Below, piece by piece: positions 24,411 to 26,540 of a DNA stretch of 26,540 bases. The notes beneath the pieces were generated by a model. It worked only from the letters and a program-made list of their open reading frames with translations, did no database searches and was not told where the DNA came from. Position numbers and translations under genes: made by a program. The stretch's first letter is position 1. Every line of letters begins with the position of its first letter. The stretch lies in IMG/VR virus record IMGVR_UViG_3300048856_000122, positions 1 through 26,540 of that record. The stretch is one strand, 5' to 3'. This stretch comes from a virus (taxonomy: Duplodnaviria; Caudoviricetes).

Positions 24411-24453
24411 ACGACGGCGCCCCGGGTCGGGACCTGACCCGGGGCGCCGTCGT
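24411..24453 (+). terminator. 18-bp perfect stem-loop, probably the host ychF terminator
   Basis: ACGACGGCGCCCCGGGTC gggacct GACCCGGGGCGCCGTCGT; smaller hairpin at 24385-24402. Confidence 0.75.
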
Positions 24454-24710
24454 CGTACGAGCCCGCCGCCCGGTGGACGCCACCGAAGGCGAGCGGGACA
24501 GGATCGTGGCAGCGTTGACGATGGCGTCAGCAGCCGCGCTGAGCCGGTCGGACGACCGCATCGATCCCGCCGTACTGCGATCCTTGCCACAATCCGCTGC
24601 CGTTCTTTACCCCCGTGCTAGGGTTCTCGACCGGTAATTCACGTGATCTTCAGGAAAGGATGCGTCAGGCGGCTGCATCACCACAGACTCATCTCGTGGC
24701 TGCCGGGATT

Positions 24711-26540
24711 ATGAGCAATCCAGAGACGACCAGGACACTGATCGAGACCCTCAAGAAGGCGACCGCGCGCAAGCCGCGAGCCCCGCGCTCGCGGGGCACC
24801 GACTGGATCGTCTTCGGGGTGGCCGCCGCGGCCGCCGTCGCCTTCGTCGTGTGGGGCTTCGTCACCCCCGACGGGCTGGGCTCCGTCGCGACGTCGGCGC
24901 TCAACGGCACGATCACCAACTTCGGCTGGCTGTTCGTCATCGCCGCCACCGTGTTCACGATCTTCGTCATCGTGGTGGCCGCCAGCCGCTTCGGGCGCAT
25001 CCCGCTGGGGAAGGACGACGAGTCGCCGCAGTTCCGCACCTCGTCGTGGGTCGCGATGATGTTCGCGACCGGCATGGGCATCGGCCTGATCTTCTACGGC
25101 GTCGGCGAGCCGCTGTACTTCTACATGTCGCCCCCGCCCGGCACCGTGGCGGGCCAGACGCCCGAGGCCGTCGCCACGGCCATGGGCACGACCCTGTTCC
25201 ACTGGACGCTGTACCCGTGGGCGATGTACGCGATCGTCGGGCTCGGCATGGCCTACGGCACCTACCGGCTCGGCCGGACGCAGCTGTTCTCCTCGATGTT
25301 CACGTCGCTGTTCGGCGAGCGCGTGGTCAACGGCTGGGGCGGACGCGTGATCAACGTGCTGGCCATCCTCGCGACGCTGTTCGGCTCGGCCTGCTCCCTG
25401 GGCCTCGGCGCCCTGCAGATCGGCGGCGGCCTCCAGGAGACCGGCGTGATGGAGCAGGTCGGCACGTCGGTGCTGGTCGTCATCATCGCCGTGCTCACCG
25501 CGATGTTCGTCGCCTCGGCGGTGTCCGGCATCGAGCGCGGCATCCAGTGGCTGTCCAACATCAACATGGTGCTCGCCGTGCTGCTCGCGCTCATCGTGTT
25601 CGTCGGCGGCCCGACGCTGTTCATCCTCAACGTGCTGCCCGACGCGATCGGCGCCTTCATCGGCGACCTGCCGCAGATGGCCTCGCGCACCGCCGCGGCC
25701 GGCGACGAGTCGCTCGCCGCGTGGATGTCCAGCTGGACGATCTTCTACTGGGCCTGGTGGATCTCGTGGACGCCCTTCGTGGGCCTGTTCATCGCGCGCA
25801 TCTCGCGCGGCCGCACGATCCGTCAGTTCGTCACCGGCGTGCTGCTCGTGCCGTCCGTCGTCTCCACGATCTGGTTCGCCATCTTCGGCGGGGGCGCGAT
25901 CGGCATCCAGGAGCGGACGCAGGCGCTGGCGCGGGTCGTCGACGGCGTGCCGGACATCAACTTCGACACGGTCCTGTTCACGACGCTCGGGGCGCTGCAG
26001 GTGCCCGGCTGGGTGACCGTGGTGCTGATGGTCCTCGCGGTCGTGCTCATCGCGATCTTCTTCGTCACGGGCGCGGACTCCGCGTCCATCGTCATGGGCG
26101 GGCTCTCGGAGCACGGTGCCGCCGAGCCGTCGAAGAAGTCCGTCGTCTTCTGGGGCGTCGCCACCGGCGCGGTCGCGGCGGTCATGCTGCTCGCGGGCGG
26201 CGACGACCCCGCAGAGGCCCTCAACGGCCTGAAGAACATCACGATCGTCTCGGCCCTGCCGTTCGTCGTGGTGATGCTCGTGCTGTGCGTCGCGCTGTGG
26301 CGCGACCTGTCCCGCGACCCGATGGTCATCCAGGGCCAGCTCGCCCGCCAGGTCCTGGTCGAGAGCGTGGCCAGCGCCGTCGACCGGCACGACGGCGAGC
26401 CCTTCGAGCTGCGCACGGTCCCCGCGCCGGAGCCCGAGCCCGAGGTGGTGGAGCCGACGGACGGCGAGCCGACGGACACGGACCCGCCGGCGCAGGCGCC
26501 CGCGGGGGACGGCGTCGACGAGGCCGAGACCAAGGCCTGA
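24711..26540 (+). CDS. BCCT family (betaine/choline/carnitine) transporter, BetP-like; host gene
   Basis: About 12 TM segments; MFATGMGIGLIFYGVGEP, FHWTLYPW, WTIFYWAWWISWTPFVGLFIARISRGRTIRQF signature; start 24711 or 24660. Confidence 0.95.
   Translation: MSNPETTRTLIETLKKATARKPRAPRSRGTDWIVFGVAAAAAVAFVVWGFVTPDGLGSVATSALNGTITNFGWLFVIAATVFTIFVIVVAASRFGRIPLGKDDESPQFRTSSWVAMMFATGMGIGLIFYGVGEPLYFYMSPPPGTVAGQTPEAVATAMGTTLFHWTLYPWAMYAIVGLGMAYGTYRLGRTQLFSSMFTSLFGERVVNGWGGRVINVLAILATLFGSACSLGLGALQIGGGLQETGVMEQVGTSVLVVIIAVLTAMFVASAVSGIERGIQWLSNINMVLAVLLALIVFVGGPTLFILNVLPDAIGAFIGDLPQMASRTAAAGDESLAAWMSSWTIFYWAWWISWTPFVGLFIARISRGRTIRQFVTGVLLVPSVVSTIWFAIFGGGAIGIQERTQALARVVDGVPDINFDTVLFTTLGALQVPGWVTVVLMVLAVVLIAIFFVTGADSASIVMGGLSEHGAAEPSKKSVVFWGVATGAVAAVMLLAGGDDPAEALNGLKNITIVSALPFVVVMLVLCVALWRDLSRDPMVIQGQLARQVLVESVASAVDRHDGEPFELRTVPAPEPEPEVVEPTDGEPTDTDPPAQAPAGDGVDEAETKA

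Noticed and set aside
24309-24710. tRNA/tmRNA as the integration target
   Set aside because: No cloverleaf or T-loop/CCA signature seen; the junction reads as the ychF 3' end
24678-26390. 570-aa minus-strand ORF
   Set aside because: Shadow of the BCCT transporter

Overview
About 24.35 kb of this very GC-rich actinobacterial window is the right part of a temperate, probably siphovirus-like prophage, almost entirely on the minus strand. The remainder is host DNA: a stranded 3' end of ychF with its terminator, then a complete BCCT transporter gene. Right to left, the prophage carries: a phiRv1-type large serine integrase; an immunity region (short XRE repressor, divergent Cro-like gene, a 49-aa phiRv1-Xis-like directionality factor, and a LexA-box-controlled Cys-rich micro-ORF running antisense into the repressor); an early/replication region (RecE-like, RecT-like, Zn-finger/3xHTH/WhiB fusion, RusA, Rep with iteron-like repeats, DnaB-like helicase, many small coupled ORFs); and a head module (TerS, TerL, portal, minor capsid, scaffold, major capsid, two downstream genes). 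Tail and lysis genes presumably lie left of the window. The most notable non-coding signals are a 16-bp quasi-palindromic operator (CGTCGGATATGCGACG) in five exact co-oriented copies plus four variants, a perfect actinobacterial SOS box, a readable att junction inside ychF, and a conserved start-associated motif. All family calls come from motif recognition by eye, not database searches.
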